A DNA stretch of 63,258 nt, counting the filler, from an uncultured Methanosarcinales archaeon (lineage in GTDB: Archaea > Nanobdellota > Nanobdellia > Woesearchaeales > DATDXC01): the NCBI GenBank assembly GCA_964510025.1. It is 6 parts of 6 records of this genome, joined end to end, with 100 filler letters (N's around TTAATTAATTAA, not from the genome) between each part and the next. Parts side by side here need not be neighbours in the genome. Positions count along the whole stretch, not along the records: positions 22,337 to 40,501 come from CAZDZV010000023.1; positions 40,602 to 47,285 come from CAZDZV010000026.1; positions 47,386 to 53,999 come from CAZDZV010000027.1; 3 more parts are not named here. One strand, written 5' to 3'. Under the pieces are notes generated by a model. That model was not told the DNA's origin. It saw nothing but the letters and a program-made list of their open reading frames with translations, and made no database searches. This document shows, in pieces, positions 40,282 through 51,000 of this stretch. The stretch's first letter is position 1. Each line of letters opens with the position of its first letter. The translations under genes and the position numbers were made by a program.

Positions 40282-40359
40282 AGAGTAAAATTTGAGTTCC
40301 AAATAAATTCGACCGAAGGGAGTGTAACTGTCCGAAGGACTAGGGGGTTCCGTTCCTTA
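40282..40359 (+). repeat. degenerate ~77-bp intergenic repeat, copy B
   Basis: Aligns with 36441-36517; preceded by the hairpin TTTTTTGC-GAA-GCAAAAAA. Confidence 0.8.
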
Positions 40360-40601
40360 TTTTTTATTGAATTAATACTGGCTAATAAAGGTAGCAGCCT
40401 TGGTGTAATTTTTTAGTATCAGCTGCTTTTGCAGGGAAAGCATTTGTACCTTTTCTGATATAGACCTTGTGACTTAGGTGGTATACATCACTTTTATTCC
40501 ANNNNNNNNNNNNNNNNNNNNNNNNNNNNNNNNNNNNNNNNNNNNTTAATTAATTAANNNNNNNNNNNNNNNNNNNNNNNNNNNNNNNNNNNNNNNNNNN
40601 N

Positions 40602-41164
40602 CCCGGAGGGATCAGGTCTTTTATTTTTTGATTTGTCTGCTCTTCTATGAAGTTGTTGATCGTCTGCCTTGACTCTTCTGGCTGGTGAACAAAGTCAAGG
40701 TTTGCTGCTTTGCCGCCGTAATATCTCTCAATCATGCTGGTATAGGAATCAAGAAAGGGGTAGTCTTCCTGCAGCCATAATGCGTTGCCGGTCCTTAGCT
40801 CATAATCTCTGTTGGGAGCGTTTATTGAGTTATAGATAGCTGCAAAATTCTCTTTTAAATGATCTGGAAAATGAAATACCTCTTTCATCTCCTCTGCTGT
40901 CTGGGATGCTGCTCCCTCATATGCCATAGCCAAAGCAGATGAAATGCTGTAAGGTGAGATAAACAGGTTGGATGACTGGTCTAGCTGGCCATATAGCTCT
41001 AAAGCAAATTCATTGTTCGCATCAACTACCTTCTGGATATCTGTTGCTGATGAATCATCAGCTGCAGGCGGCTGGTCTGGCTCATATGGAAAAAGGAAGA
41101 GTATTGAAGCAGTCGACAGAGCTACCAGCAAGATTGCTATTATCGCTATCGTTGTTTTTCTCAT
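40602..41164 (-). CDS. serpin, N-terminal half (truncated at contig end)
   Basis: Signal anchor; NNEFALELY, NLFISPYSISSALAM..EGA, INNFIEEQTN.KIKDL. Confidence 0.93.
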
Positions 41165-41250
41165 ATGATTAAGTGTCTGCAGCTAATATATAAATGTTCT
41201 TTTAGCTTCTAGCCAGATTGAAGCTTGAAGGCATTATAACCAATATTTTT

Positions 41251-41451
41251 TCACATTCCCAGGAACTTCAGCAATTCATACACGAGGAAAGCCGGCCACA
41301 GCAATGATTTTATTACTCCCCATACACCTATCCAGAAGCCTGCAGCAGTGGAGATATAGTATATTGCAGCACCGACAAAACCCAGTCCGTAGATGGCCCC
41401 TCCCTGGCACATATTATTGATATCCTTGCATTTGTCTTTTTTCTTTGCCAT
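41251..41451 (-). CDS. small membrane protein
   Basis: YGLGFVGAAIYYI...FW.G..G..K.LLWPAFLVYE; GAGGTGA RBS. Confidence 0.8.
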   Translation of the reverse strand: MAKKKDKCKDINNMCQGGAIYGLGFVGAAIYYISTAAGFWIGVWGVIKSLLWPAFLVYELLKFLGM

Positions 41452-41654
41452 AAAATCACCTCATGATAGCCCTTATCTTTCTGGGTTTATAAACATTGCT
41501 AGTAGATCAGAGAGCGGAAAAACCTAGGCAAATCGCTAAAAGCAACTATAGATGAACTGTTCATCTTTCATTAAACTGCATATTTAATACATAAGCAATA
41601 TTCTTTTATTATATATATGATATTAACCAATAAAACAGTTCGGAGGTGAACTTA

Positions 41655-41849
41655 ATGGCTGAAAATGATGTTGTTGGTCTGCTGGCAAGGATATTGCTCA
41701 TCGTCGGCGGCTTGAACTGGGGATTGTTCATATTTGGGATAAACCTGGTTGAGATAATAAGCTTTGGCATATCAGCAATAGCAAACGTTGTATATGCGCT
41801 GGTGGCTGTCGCTGCATTGGTAGAGCTCAGCAAGATATTTATGAAATAG
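41655..41849 (+). CDS. DUF378 family membrane protein
   Basis: LLIVGGLNWGL...NLV...VY.LV. Confidence 0.85.
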   Translation: MAENDVVGLLARILLIVGGLNWGLFIFGINLVEIISFGISAIANVVYALVAVAALVELSKIFMK

Positions 41850-42705
41850 CTGCTTTCAAAGCAGATTTTTCTTTATTTTTTATTTCCAGCATCAGGTCAA
41901 AGTCTATGCCTTTGGCCTGTTTCAGAAATCTTTGAAATAACGCTAGATCGATGGCTTCTGCATGGGTGCCTGGCCTTGCGCCTTGTTTCTGGCTGCTGTA
42001 ATCCACCATCATCACTCCATCTTTCTTTTTCCAGGTTGAAGAAGCTGACCTCAGACATTCCTTGATGCTCTCACCATGATTCAGGAGCTCGTGGTGGAAC
42101 GAATCAAATATGACAGGCATATGAACATGTCTGGATATATCCAGGCAGTCACTGACAGAGTAGAGCCTGTCATCATTCTCGATAACGAGCCTTTTCCTGA
42201 TCTTGTATGGAAGCCTTTTGTAGTTCTGGATAAACCGCTGCATGGCAGCAGGCTTGTCTCCATAGACGCCGCCGACATGTATCTGCACCTTTGCTTTTGC
42301 GTCCAATCGCATTGCATCCAGAAATTCGCAATGATACTCCAGTTCTGCTATACTTCTTTTGACAATGCCCCTCTTTTTGGCATTCATAACCACAAACTGA
42401 TCAGGATGCATAGATATCCGCATCTTGTTACTCCTGATGAAATTACCTAGGGCAGATAATCTCTCTTTGAAATGGGCTCTCCAGTCTATCTTGCATACAG
42501 GATGTGAAGCGAACGGCACAATGTCAGAGCTGATCCTGAAGAACAGAAGATTATGCTTAAGGTTGAAGCGGAGTATCCTCTCAAGGCAATCTAGATTATT
42601 GCTGAGCTTTTCAAAAAAGATTTCTTTGGAGAAATTTTTAACCCTGAAGGTAGAATTTGCTGTGCAGCCTATGGTTCTGTTTATGCAAGGATAGCCGATC
42701 CTCAT
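41839..42705 (-). CDS. uvsE: UV damage endonuclease
   Basis: IGYPCIN, FFRISS..VPFASHP, SMHPDQF, HVGG.YG, LVIENDD, FD.FHH. Confidence 0.96.
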   Translation of the reverse strand: MRIGYPCINRTIGCTANSTFRVKNFSKEIFFEKLSNNLDCLERILRFNLKHNLLFFRISSDIVPFASHPVCKIDWRAHFKERLSALGNFIRSNKMRISMHPDQFVVMNAKKRGIVKRSIAELEYHCEFLDAMRLDAKAKVQIHVGGVYGDKPAAMQRFIQNYKRLPYKIRKRLVIENDDRLYSVSDCLDISRHVHMPVIFDSFHHELLNHGESIKECLRSASSTWKKKDGVMMVDYSSQKQGARPGTHAEAIDLALFQRFLKQAKGIDFDLMLEIKNKEKSALKAAIS

Positions 42706-42789
42706 ACAATGGCAGCTTGGGAAAGCGTATATAAAGATTTGGTTTAACTTTTCATAAAGTTTATAAAATGCATTTTTTTCCTTAATCCA

Positions 42790-43671
42790 ATGGACAGGCT
42801 GGACAGGCTGGAATCCCAGTCGATTTACATTCTTCGGGAAGCTTATGCAAATTTCAAAAGCCTGTGCATGCTATGGAGCATAGGAAAAGACAGTACAACC
42901 ATGCTTTGGCTGGCAAGGAAGGCATTTTTTGACCATGTTCCATTTCCACTTGTCCATATAGATACATCTTTTAAAATCCCTGAAATGATAAGATACAGGG
43001 ACAAGCTCGCTTTGGAGCTAGGCATAGACATGATATATGGCCAGAACAAAGAAGCCTTAAAAAAAAAGGATACCTTTCCTGACAAGAAGCTTTCAAGAGT
43101 GGAATGCTGCAGAGTTCTAAAGACCCAGGCCCTGGTAAACACCATCTCAGGAAAATGGCCAAGGTTCAGGCTCAATCACAGCACCGGCAAATATGAACTG
43201 GACGAGAACAAGGAGCCTTATACAGGCGTGATCATAGGCGGAAGAGGAGATGAAGAAGGAAGCAGGTCCAAGGAACGATATTTCTCACCCAGGGACAGAA
43301 AAAGCGAATGGGATTTGGGGGATTCCCCCCCGGAGATATGGAACCAGTTCAAGACAGAGTTTGCCCCTGGCACTCATATACGTATACATCCCTTGCTGGA
43401 CTGGTCTGAGCTGGACATATGGAAGTATATAGAGAGGGAGAATATACCAACTGTAAGCCTTTATTATAACCAGGGGGATGGCAAGAGGTATAGGTCATTG
43501 GGGTGCTGGCCATGCACAAGCCCTATTGAATCAGATGCCAGGACAGTAAGTGAGATCGTCGAAGAGCTGGAGTCAGGAAAACTCAGCAACATAGCAGAAA
43601 GATCGGGAAGAGCCCAGGATATAGAAGACGGCGGCGGACTGGAAACTTTGCGCAGGGAAGGGTATATGTAA
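42790..43671 (+). CDS. cysD: sulfate adenylyltransferase subunit 2
   Basis: [56 protein letters not shown]. Confidence 0.97.
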   Translation: MDRLDRLESQSIYILREAYANFKSLCMLWSIGKDSTTMLWLARKAFFDHVPFPLVHIDTSFKIPEMIRYRDKLALELGIDMIYGQNKEALKKKDTFPDKKLSRVECCRVLKTQALVNTISGKWPRFRLNHSTGKYELDENKEPYTGVIIGGRGDEEGSRSKERYFSPRDRKSEWDLGDSPPEIWNQFKTEFAPGTHIRIHPLLDWSELDIWKYIERENIPTVSLYYNQGDGKRYRSLGCWPCTSPIESDARTVSEIVEELESGKLSNIAERSGRAQDIEDGGGLETLRREGYM

Positions 43672-43672
43672 G

Positions 43673-45445
43673 ATGGATCAGATGCAGATAGCTGCAGTGG
43701 GACATGTGGACCATGGCAAAAGCACTGTAATAGGCAGGCTTATGGCAGATACAAATGCCCTACCCAAGGGGAAGCTGGAAGCCATAAAGGAAAGGTGCAG
43801 GCGGGAATCAAAAGCTTTTGAATATGCTTTTCTCTTGGATGCCCTGAAGGACGAGCAAAACCAGGGAATAACCATCGATTCTGCAAGATGCTTCTTCAAG
43901 ACAGACAAAAGAGACTATCTTATTATTGATGCTCCGGGGCATATTGAGTTTCTGAAGAACATGGTATCAGGTGCTGCAAGAGCTGAGGGAGCCTTGCTTG
44001 TGATAGATGCAAATGAGGGCGTCAAGGAGAACAGCAGGAGGCATGGCTATATATTGTCATTGCTGGGAATAGATCAGCTGGTTGTGCTGATAAACAAGAT
44101 GGACCTTGTAGGCTATGATGAGAAAAAGTTCAACAAAATCAAGGAAGAATATTCAGAATTCCTGGACAGCATAGGGATCAGGCCAAAGGAGATATTGCCT
44201 GTTTCAGCGCTTAAGGGAGACAATATCGCCCAGAAAAGTGACAACCTGAGCTGGTGGCAAGGAAGCACTGTGCTGCAGGCATTGGATCATTTCAAAAAGG
44301 CAAAACCTCTGACAATGAAGCCTTTCAGGATGTATGTGCAGGATGTCTACAAGTTCACCCAAAAAGGAGACAGCCGAAGGATCATAGCGGGCAAGATCGA
44401 GTCAGGTGAGATCAGGGAAGGGGATGAAGTCATGTTCATACCTTCAGGCAAAAGATCGAAGATAGAGACCATAGAGGTGCTGCAGGAGGAGGACCGCAGC
44501 AGGATACAGCCAGGCTATCATCTTGGGGTAACCTTGTCTGAGCAGATATATGTGAACAGGGGCCAGGTAATGTGCAAGGAAAACGGAAAAGCCCCGTTTG
44601 TAAGCTCACTCATAAAGGCAAACCTTTTCTGGATGGGAAAGAAGCCGATGAAACGAAACAAGGAATATCTGTTCAAGATAGGCACTGCCAAGGCTAAGAC
44701 CAGGATCAAGAAGATAGCCAGCATCCTTGATTCATCGACCCTTAAACGTGTGAAAAAAGACAGGATAGAAAGACATGATGCAGCAGAAGTGCTGCTGGAG
44801 CTGTCAGGCCCTATCGCCTATGACCTTGCGAGCAGCATCCCTGCGATGGGCAGGTTTGTCATAGTTGATGGTTATGATGTTGCCGGAGGCGGAATAATAA
44901 CTAACTTTGTGGAAGACAAGCATTCAGAACTAAGAGAGCAGGTTTTTTTGAGGGAAAAAAGATGGGACCATAGCAGGATACTTTTTGAGAAAAGGGCGCT
45001 AAGGTATGGCCAGAGCCCCAAGCTGGTCCTTTTGACAGGGGTGAGCGGGGTTGACAAGAAGACCACAGCAAAGGAGCTTGAACAGCAGCTTTTTGAGCAG
45101 GGCAGAAAGGTGTATTTTTTAGGTATCGGAAACCTGCTAAGAGGACTGGATTCAGACATTGACAAGAAGAAAAGAAAAGAGCATATAAGGAGGCTTGGAG
45201 AGGTGGCCCATATACTCATGGATGCAGGGCTTATCGTGATCGCTACTGTCTCTGACCTTGATGATGATGAGCTGAAGCTGCTCCAGACAATAACATTCAG
45301 GGATGAGATGATCATAATAAAAATCGGCCGCAATGATATAAGCGCCGATATGGTGGACCTTGAGCTTAAGGATGACGGGGTTGAGGAAAATATCTACCGG
45401 ATCATGGAATTTTTAAAATTTGAAAACGTTATCTTCCAGCTATGA
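43673..45445 (+). CDS. cysN: sulfate adenylyltransferase subunit 1 (GTPase) with a degenerate C-terminal APS-kinase domain
   Basis: [25 protein letters not shown]-terminal P-loop altered to GVSGVDKKT. Confidence 0.93.
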   Translation: MDQMQIAAVGHVDHGKSTVIGRLMADTNALPKGKLEAIKERCRRESKAFEYAFLLDALKDEQNQGITIDSARCFFKTDKRDYLIIDAPGHIEFLKNMVSGAARAEGALLVIDANEGVKENSRRHGYILSLLGIDQLVVLINKMDLVGYDEKKFNKIKEEYSEFLDSIGIRPKEILPVSALKGDNIAQKSDNLSWWQGSTVLQALDHFKKAKPLTMKPFRMYVQDVYKFTQKGDSRRIIAGKIESGEIREGDEVMFIPSGKRSKIETIEVLQEEDRSRIQPGYHLGVTLSEQIYVNRGQVMCKENGKAPFVSSLIKANLFWMGKKPMKRNKEYLFKIGTAKAKTRIKKIASILDSSTLKRVKKDRIERHDAAEVLLELSGPIAYDLASSIPAMGRFVIVDGYDVAGGGIITNFVEDKHSELREQVFLREKRWDHSRILFEKRALRYGQSPKLVLLTGVSGVDKKTTAKELEQQLFEQGRKVYFLGIGNLLRGLDSDIDKKKRKEHIRRLGEVAHILMDAGLIVIATVSDLDDDELKLLQTITFRDEMIIIKIGRNDISADMVDLELKDDGVEENIYRIMEFLKFENVIFQL

Positions 45446-46026
45446 AAAATATAAGATGGCATGAGCACAGGATTGCAAGAAAAGACAGGGAGAGGCTGCT
45501 GAAACAGAAAGGAGTACTGCTCTGGTTCACAGGCTTAAGCGGCTCGGGCAAATCAACAATTGCCAGCAGGCTTGAAAAAAAGCTTTTTGACGACGGAAGA
45601 CTAACCTATGTTCTTGATGGAGACAATATAAGGCACGGGCTTAACTCGGACCTTGATTTTTCAGCTGCCGGAAGGAATGAGAACATACGGAGGGTCGGTG
45701 AGGTCGCCAAGCTTCTGGTGGATGCGGGGCTTATCGTGATCGCCGCGTTTATATCTCCTTACCAGGACCACAGGAAAAGGATAAGGGAGCAGCTGGGTGG
45801 GAGGTTTATCGAGGTATATGTGAAATGCAGCCTGGATGAGTGCAAGAAGAGGGACCCGAAGGGCCTCTACAAGAAGGCTGCTGCAGGCGACATAAGGAGA
45901 TTTACAGGCATATCTGATCCTTATGAAGAGCCTAGAAAACCTGAGATTGTGGTGGACACAGAAAAGCTTGATGCAGAAGAAGCTGTGGATATTCTTTATG
46001 GCTATTTAAACAAAAGATTTAGATGA
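45442..46026 (+). CDS. cysC: adenylyl-sulfate kinase
   Basis: [43 protein letters not shown]. Confidence 0.98.
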   Translation: MKNIRWHEHRIARKDRERLLKQKGVLLWFTGLSGSGKSTIASRLEKKLFDDGRLTYVLDGDNIRHGLNSDLDFSAAGRNENIRRVGEVAKLLVDAGLIVIAAFISPYQDHRKRIREQLGGRFIEVYVKCSLDECKKRDPKGLYKKAAAGDIRRFTGISDPYEEPRKPEIVVDTEKLDAEEAVDILYGYLNKRFR

Positions 46027-46087
46027 CAATGAGTTGCTTGCCTCTAGAATCCTCAGGACCATATCTGTTAAGATATTCCAGCACAGC

Positions 46088-46612
46088 CTAGGCTGGAAGG
46101 AATGAAGATGGATCCATCACGCCTGCATACATAAAAGCAGCTATCAGTACAAGGACAAGCATAATCACAAAAGGTAGAAGGCCTAGGATAATAGCTTTCA
46201 CCAATGATAATCTATGAACCTTATTGAGTATGAATATGTTGATAACAAGGAGCCACAGTCCTGCAAGAAGCTGCAGGAAAATGCCTATGATTGGCAGGAA
46301 AGTGAACCAATAGACAACAAAAGAGTTGCTCAGGGAGCGGAAATACTGCATACCTGTTGCTTTTCCGCCCAGAAGGAATTTTGCGATGAAATGATAGATG
46401 GAATAGCCAATGAACAGCCCGATTATCAGGGCGACAGGGTTTGATATCATGCCTACCAGGTTCAGTTGCGCAACTGCTGTCGCAATCCCTGCGATGGCCA
46501 GGGTAGCAAAGCCATATCCTGTCGCTTCTTTGCTGTCTGCGATCCTCGCCAGTGCAGATTCGTCAAATGCAAGGATTTTCAGCGAGTCTTTTATATTATC
46601 CTGGAAAGACAT
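46088..46612 (-). CDS. YIP1-like membrane protein
   Basis: About 5 TM, AKFLLGGKA motif. Confidence 0.65.
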   Translation of the reverse strand: MSFQDNIKDSLKILAFDESALARIADSKEATGYGFATLAIAGIATAVAQLNLVGMISNPVALIIGLFIGYSIYHFIAKFLLGGKATGMQYFRSLSNSFVVYWFTFLPIIGIFLQLLAGLWLLVINIFILNKVHRLSLVKAIILGLLPFVIMLVLVLIAAFMYAGVMDPSSFLPA

Positions 46613-46687
46613 AGGAGAAAAGCAGCAACTAATAGTATATAAAGATTACCATAAAGTTTATAAACTACTAATAAGTAATAACTAAAT

Positions 46688-47285
46688 ATGATGAGTAATC
46701 CCTTTTCAGATGAAGTGCATCCTGGCCTGGAAGATTTCATAGCTAAAGTGGCGGACAGGCTGCCAGGCAGCAGAGAAGCCCTAAGAGAGACAATTCTTTA
46801 TGGATTTGTGAGAGCGACTGGTGAAGAGTTCACTGGCGGCGGGATGCCAGATTATAGCTGCGAGGCAGCAGGCATAGGGGGGCGATTCAATACCAACAAC
46901 GGAATCCTTGGTGTAGCAGATTTTGACAGGACAATCTATGTGAGAGGAAGCGATAGTTACCATGGTTGTATGGGCGGGCCTGCCCAAGGCGTCGAAGGCA
47001 CGTTGGCTGGGCTTGGTTATAGTCTGGACTTGGACATGTGGGTGCCCCACAGCAATGGAGAAGACTATACGGACCCAGAACTGGAAGCGATGTTTATGAT
47101 ACTGCATGAATTTTCAATGTATGTAAGAAGGCTGAGAGGCCAGGCTACTGCAGGGCTGATTGCAGATACACCAGAGACCAGCGCCCCATTTCCCATCAGG
47201 GATCCATCTGAACCCAGGCTCCTGGCATATGGGGGCAACGTATTCATACCTGGGAAGAGGGACGCAACAATCAAGATCGATGCTT
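46688..47285 (+). CDS. hypothetical protein (truncated at contig end)
   Basis: Open frame from an ATG after a TTTATAAA box up to the gap. Confidence 0.65.
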
Positions 47286-47462
47286 NNNNNNNNNNNNNNN
47301 NNNNNNNNNNNNNNNNNNNNNNNNNNNNNTTAATTAATTAANNNNNNNNNNNNNNNNNNNNNNNNNNNNNNNNNNNNNNNNNNNNAAATATGAACACCAT
47401 TATCACTGCTACAGCAAGCAATATATTATGTAAATCTTTATTTTCTTGTATTTTACTAGTGT

Positions 47463-47726
47463 TCATTTTATCATCATTTTCTCAAGCTTGTTCTTCATTT
47501 CCTTGTTTTTAATACTATAAATAACATTCTTACCATCTCTTCTTGATTGAAGAATGTCCAGATCTGTTAGTTTTGTTAAATGCATTGAAGTATTGCTTTG
47601 TGTTCTACCTATTAATTGTGGTAATTCACAAGCGCATTTCTCACCGTTAAGAAGAACTTCTATTATTTTGTATCTTGATTCTTCACTAAGTGCTTTTAGG
47701 AGTTTAAGATTATTTTCAATAGTCAT
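47463..47726 (-). CDS. ArsR/SmtB family regulator
   Basis: LKALS..SR..I...L..GEKCACEL...QSNTSMHL..L...RRDG; a downstream membrane-protein ORF starts at 47466 and runs off the contig. Confidence 0.93.
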   Translation of the reverse strand: MTIENNLKLLKALSEESRYKIIEVLLNGEKCACELPQLIGRTQSNTSMHLTKLTDLDILQSRRDGKNVIYSIKNKEMKNKLEKMMIK

Positions 47727-48297
47727 ATCAGAAGGTGTTGATATGATGATATATAAGGGTTATGGTTAGTTTTTACATTAAAGTCCAACTTTCTAATTAT
47801 TGAGAAAGTTGTCCTTGCTGGGGGTATGTTAAGATGCAGATTACTTTAGGAGATGCTTTAGGTCTTGAACTAAACAATATCAGAAAGTCCACTCTAATAT
47901 CAGCTAAGGAAAGAACTTGTTTTGACCTTATCATTTGGGTTATTACATGCCCTATAATTGTCATGCCTGACTATACTGATGTGAGCTTACCTAGTAATGT
48001 TCTGGAGAGGATACGCATTGAGAGGCTCATAATCGCTGCCACGCAAGAGAAAATAACTTTTGATGTGCTGTATATATCTTTGGGCTGTTTTTGTGCCAAT
48101 ATATTGGCACTTTCGCTCTTCTGAGCGAATTTTTCAAAAGAGTTATAGCTCTCTTCGCTTATATTGCCATTGTGGGCTCTCCCACCACCAACACTTTATT
48201 TGTCATAAAACGTTAAGTGGGAAACCCATTAATATAACTTTTCAATGCGGCCGATTAATTGTCATCAGAAAAAAGAAAAAGGGCTTTTACGCCCCCC

Positions 48298-48648
48298 TCA
48301 ACAAGATTCTTCTTTTTCCAGTATAGTTATATTGGAGTTGTCATCAATGACAACTGCTTTAAGTTCACCGTCATTGTCAATCTCAATTTTTGTTTCGCCA
48401 TACCTAACCCGCTGGTTTTCTTCCAGTTCTTCGCCTTCTATTTCAGCCAAGCCATCATTTATCATACTCTCAAGCTTTTCTTCGGCGTTGTAGAACAAGT
48501 CCTGAAACCTGCCCCAGTCCAGCTGACCACAAGCTGATAATTGTTTTGCTTTCTCCATTCTTGCATTCTTAATATTTTTGGTCTTTACACCATGAGCTGC
48601 GAGCGAATGCCTTGCACTGTCTCGCATCCATCCTTTAGGTTTACCCAT
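48298..48648 (-). CDS. hypothetical protein with a basic GW...S.RHSLAA.G.KT N-terminus and an acidic C-terminus
   Basis: ORF track; AGGTGA RBS; co-oriented with the integrase. Confidence 0.7.
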   Translation of the reverse strand: MGKPKGWMRDSARHSLAAHGVKTKNIKNARMEKAKQLSACGQLDWGRFQDLFYNAEEKLESMINDGLAEIEGEELEENQRVRYGETKIEIDNDGELKAVVIDDNSNITILEKEESC

Positions 48649-48684
48649 ACAAATCACCTTTGTTGTTTAGAAAAAGCGTCCCAT

Positions 48685-49779
48685 TCAGGGTGGATTGCCA
48701 GTTGTTTTACCTTCGCTTTCCGAATTATCTTTCTTTGAACTCCTATTTAATGATTTCTCTACTCTATTGGATCTATTGAATACAGAAGGGTGAACATTCA
48801 CTTCCTTTGCAGCTTTCTTCTTATCAAGGATTCGCCAGTATTTCTCAAGATTTTTAGTTTCCCTATGACCGCTTGATAACATAACCCTATTCATAGGAAC
48901 CTTCCTATCCAGTAAATCTGTCACATAATTTGCACGGAGTGTATGGGGATGATAATGGTCTTTCAATCCTGCTTCTGCTAAAAGTTGCTTGAACTTCCTA
49001 TTTACAAGCCATACAGAGAGAGGATACCCATAATCCCTATGGGGTTTTGTACTTCTAACTCCTATGCATTTGCCTGGTTTTTTTTCAGTAAGATTATTTA
49101 GAAAAAGCAGGGGTTTATCTGTTGGTCGTGCAGGTTCAGGTCTTACTTTAAGCCAATCTTTAATCCACTTAAGATACACATCATTTACCGCTATAAACCT
49201 ATCAAAGCGTTTTCCTTTCCTCATATGTTTTGGAGTATAATGTTTAGTAGGCAAAACAGTTATGAGTTTTTGTTTTTTATCAACATGTTTCTCATATAGA
49301 TACACACCTTCTCCCCTCCTCAAAGAATAAGCATAACCACCAAACAGGCATTTCCATAATGGATTCTCATGATTTTCAAGGTATTCAAAAAACTGATCTT
49401 GCTCCTCTGGACTCATGATTATATCATCACCATATTCAGCAAGCCTCTTGAACCTCTTATCACCTACTTTGGGATATTTGTATCCCAGAAAGTTAACATA
49501 GTAATCCCTCATAACACTTATGAAGGTATTATGCTTTGATGGATGATGCTTAAGGGTATTGATAATATTAAGCAGGTCTTTTCTTTTAGCCTTCTTTAAA
49601 GGCATTCTTAACATTCGTTTGATTCTTCCTAGAGCTAAAAGATATATATAAGCAGTCCTCTCATTCTCACCCTTAATTTCCTCAAAATATGGCTTTATCT
49701 CTTTATCTCTCTTTAGTTTCTTAATAGTCTTGGAGCTAAACGCATCCGTGTAAATGTTCTTATGCTTATCTTCTTTCAT
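48685..49779 (-). CDS. tyrosine recombinase/integrase
   Basis: SLRRGE (catalytic R), HPHTLR (HxxR), SGH, LEKY catalytic Tyr. Confidence 0.92.
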   Translation of the reverse strand: MKEDKHKNIYTDAFSSKTIKKLKRDKEIKPYFEEIKGENERTAYIYLLALGRIKRMLRMPLKKAKRKDLLNIINTLKHHPSKHNTFISVMRDYYVNFLGYKYPKVGDKRFKRLAEYGDDIIMSPEEQDQFFEYLENHENPLWKCLFGGYAYSLRRGEGVYLYEKHVDKKQKLITVLPTKHYTPKHMRKGKRFDRFIAVNDVYLKWIKDWLKVRPEPARPTDKPLLFLNNLTEKKPGKCIGVRSTKPHRDYGYPLSVWLVNRKFKQLLAEAGLKDHYHPHTLRANYVTDLLDRKVPMNRVMLSSGHRETKNLEKYWRILDKKKAAKEVNVHPSVFNRSNRVEKSLNRSSKKDNSESEGKTTGNPP

Positions 49780-49815
49780 TTTTAGCACACAAAATAACCC
49801 GTTTGTGCGGGAATA

Positions 49816-50145
49816 CTACTTAATTGGGAAAACCTTGGAATGGGGAGGCAATAACCGTCTTATAATCCTTGAACCATCAGCAGCCTTTAATACCTCAAAG
49901 TCTAACATAAAATGTGGCTTTATGACTTGCTCAATTCCTTTCAATGCTAATAATGGATTGAAACCAGGTGCATGAGCTGTTCCATGTTTTATCTCGCATA
50001 TCACTTCCTGATTTGTCCAATCACTTTTTATCATCACTTTTCCACCCACATCTATCTCTTTATCATCCCAACAAAAAATCCTACCAATTCCATTTGAATT
50101 GCATTTAGATACCAATCCTACATGTTTTCTTTCCATTCTAATCAC
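49816..50145 (-). CDS. hypothetical protein
   Basis: ORF track; overlaps the upstream gene. Confidence 0.6.
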   Translation of the reverse strand: MIRMERKHVGLVSKCNSNGIGRIFCWDDKEIDVGGKVMIKSDWTNQEVICEIKHGTAHAPGFNPLLALKGIEQVIKPHFMLDFEVLKAADGSRIIRRLLPPHSKVFPIK

Positions 50146-50569
50146 CTACAACAATTGTATTTCTGGAATTGCATTTAGGGCATTGTTTGTATCCCTTTGG
50201 CAACTTCCCTTTCTCACCTAACAAAGGTGTATAAAGACACCCACATTCTTTGCATTTTCTTTGCATTTTCTTCACTCCTCCATTTATTGATTGTAATAAA
50301 GTCTCTCTGATAAAACTCGAAGTTGTCATGTCGCAGATTCTTTTACTAATCTCATCGAGTAATTCGGATGAAAGTAAAAGACTCACCCTCTCCTTTTCTG
50401 GATCTGTTCGCTCAAGCCTTTCTCTTATCCTATCTCTTAATTGTGAGTTGAATATGTTTGCTTCAAAAACTTCTTTAGCAAAATGATTGATACTTCTATC
50501 TATTGCTGCTGCCCCTTTTTTCAAAAGGCAATGAGTTGATATTTTTGCAATGAACCATACTTCTACCAT
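50138..50569 (-). CDS. hypothetical protein with an RHH-like segment and a C-terminal zinc ribbon
   Basis: RVSLLLSSELLDEI...SSFIRE; CKEC...CPKC. Confidence 0.65.
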   Translation of the reverse strand: MVEVWFIAKISTHCLLKKGAAAIDRSINHFAKEVFEANIFNSQLRDRIRERLERTDPEKERVSLLLSSELLDEISKRICDMTTSSFIRETLLQSINGGVKKMQRKCKECGCLYTPLLGEKGKLPKGYKQCPKCNSRNTIVVGD

Positions 50570-50607
50570 AGTCTACTCCAGCTATCATATATGCACCTCC
50601 GTGTTTA

Positions 50608-51000
50608 TTATACACCTAAAGCCAGTCTTAACTGGTTATCAACCCAGTCATTAAGTGACATCCCCCTACTCAAAGATCTAATCTTTTGCAGAAGATGGTT
50701 GGGTAAGAATACATCACACTTCAGCTTGGTTGGAATTCTTAAGCGATTATCATGAATAAAAATTGAAGATTTTTGTCTAATGATATTATTACATAATTCA
50801 TTCGCTTCCCTTGCGATAGCGTTGCGAGATAGAACTTCTTCGAAAAACTCATTTAGGTATTCGCTTCGGGTATATAGTGGATAAATAGTCTTAAGATAAT
50901 CAACTTCAACATCCGAATACTTCTTTGCTTTTCTTGTAGTCTTAAACCTAATAATCAATTGTTCTTTTTTTTCTTTAACATTTGTGGCTTCATCATTCAT
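50608..51000 (-). CDS. hypothetical protein (possible C-terminal RHH-like DNA-binding segment)
   Basis: ORF track; VFLP..L..KI...GMSLNDWV. Confidence 0.6.
   Translation of the reverse strand: MNDEATNVKEKKEQLIIRFKTTRKAKKYSDVEVDYLKTIYPLYTRSEYLNEFFEEVLSRNAIAREANELCNNIIRQKSSIFIHDNRLRIPTKLKCDVFLPNHLLQKIRSLSRGMSLNDWVDNQLRLALGV

Noticed and set aside
33840..40420. Possible CRISPR array
   Set aside because: Repeats are degenerate, irregularly spaced and separated by whole genes; no cas genes
41500..41580. Fragment reading ATIDELFIFH, resembling an HTH C-terminus
   Set aside because: Too short and without an open upstream frame
42790..42812. Tandem TGGACAGGC repeat at the cysD start
   Set aside because: Simply encodes MDRLDRL; no evidence of function
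47834..48124. Plus-strand 96-aa ORF, with a possible RHH-like start at 47963
   Set aside because: Weak resemblance only, and its 3' part overlaps the palindrome cluster
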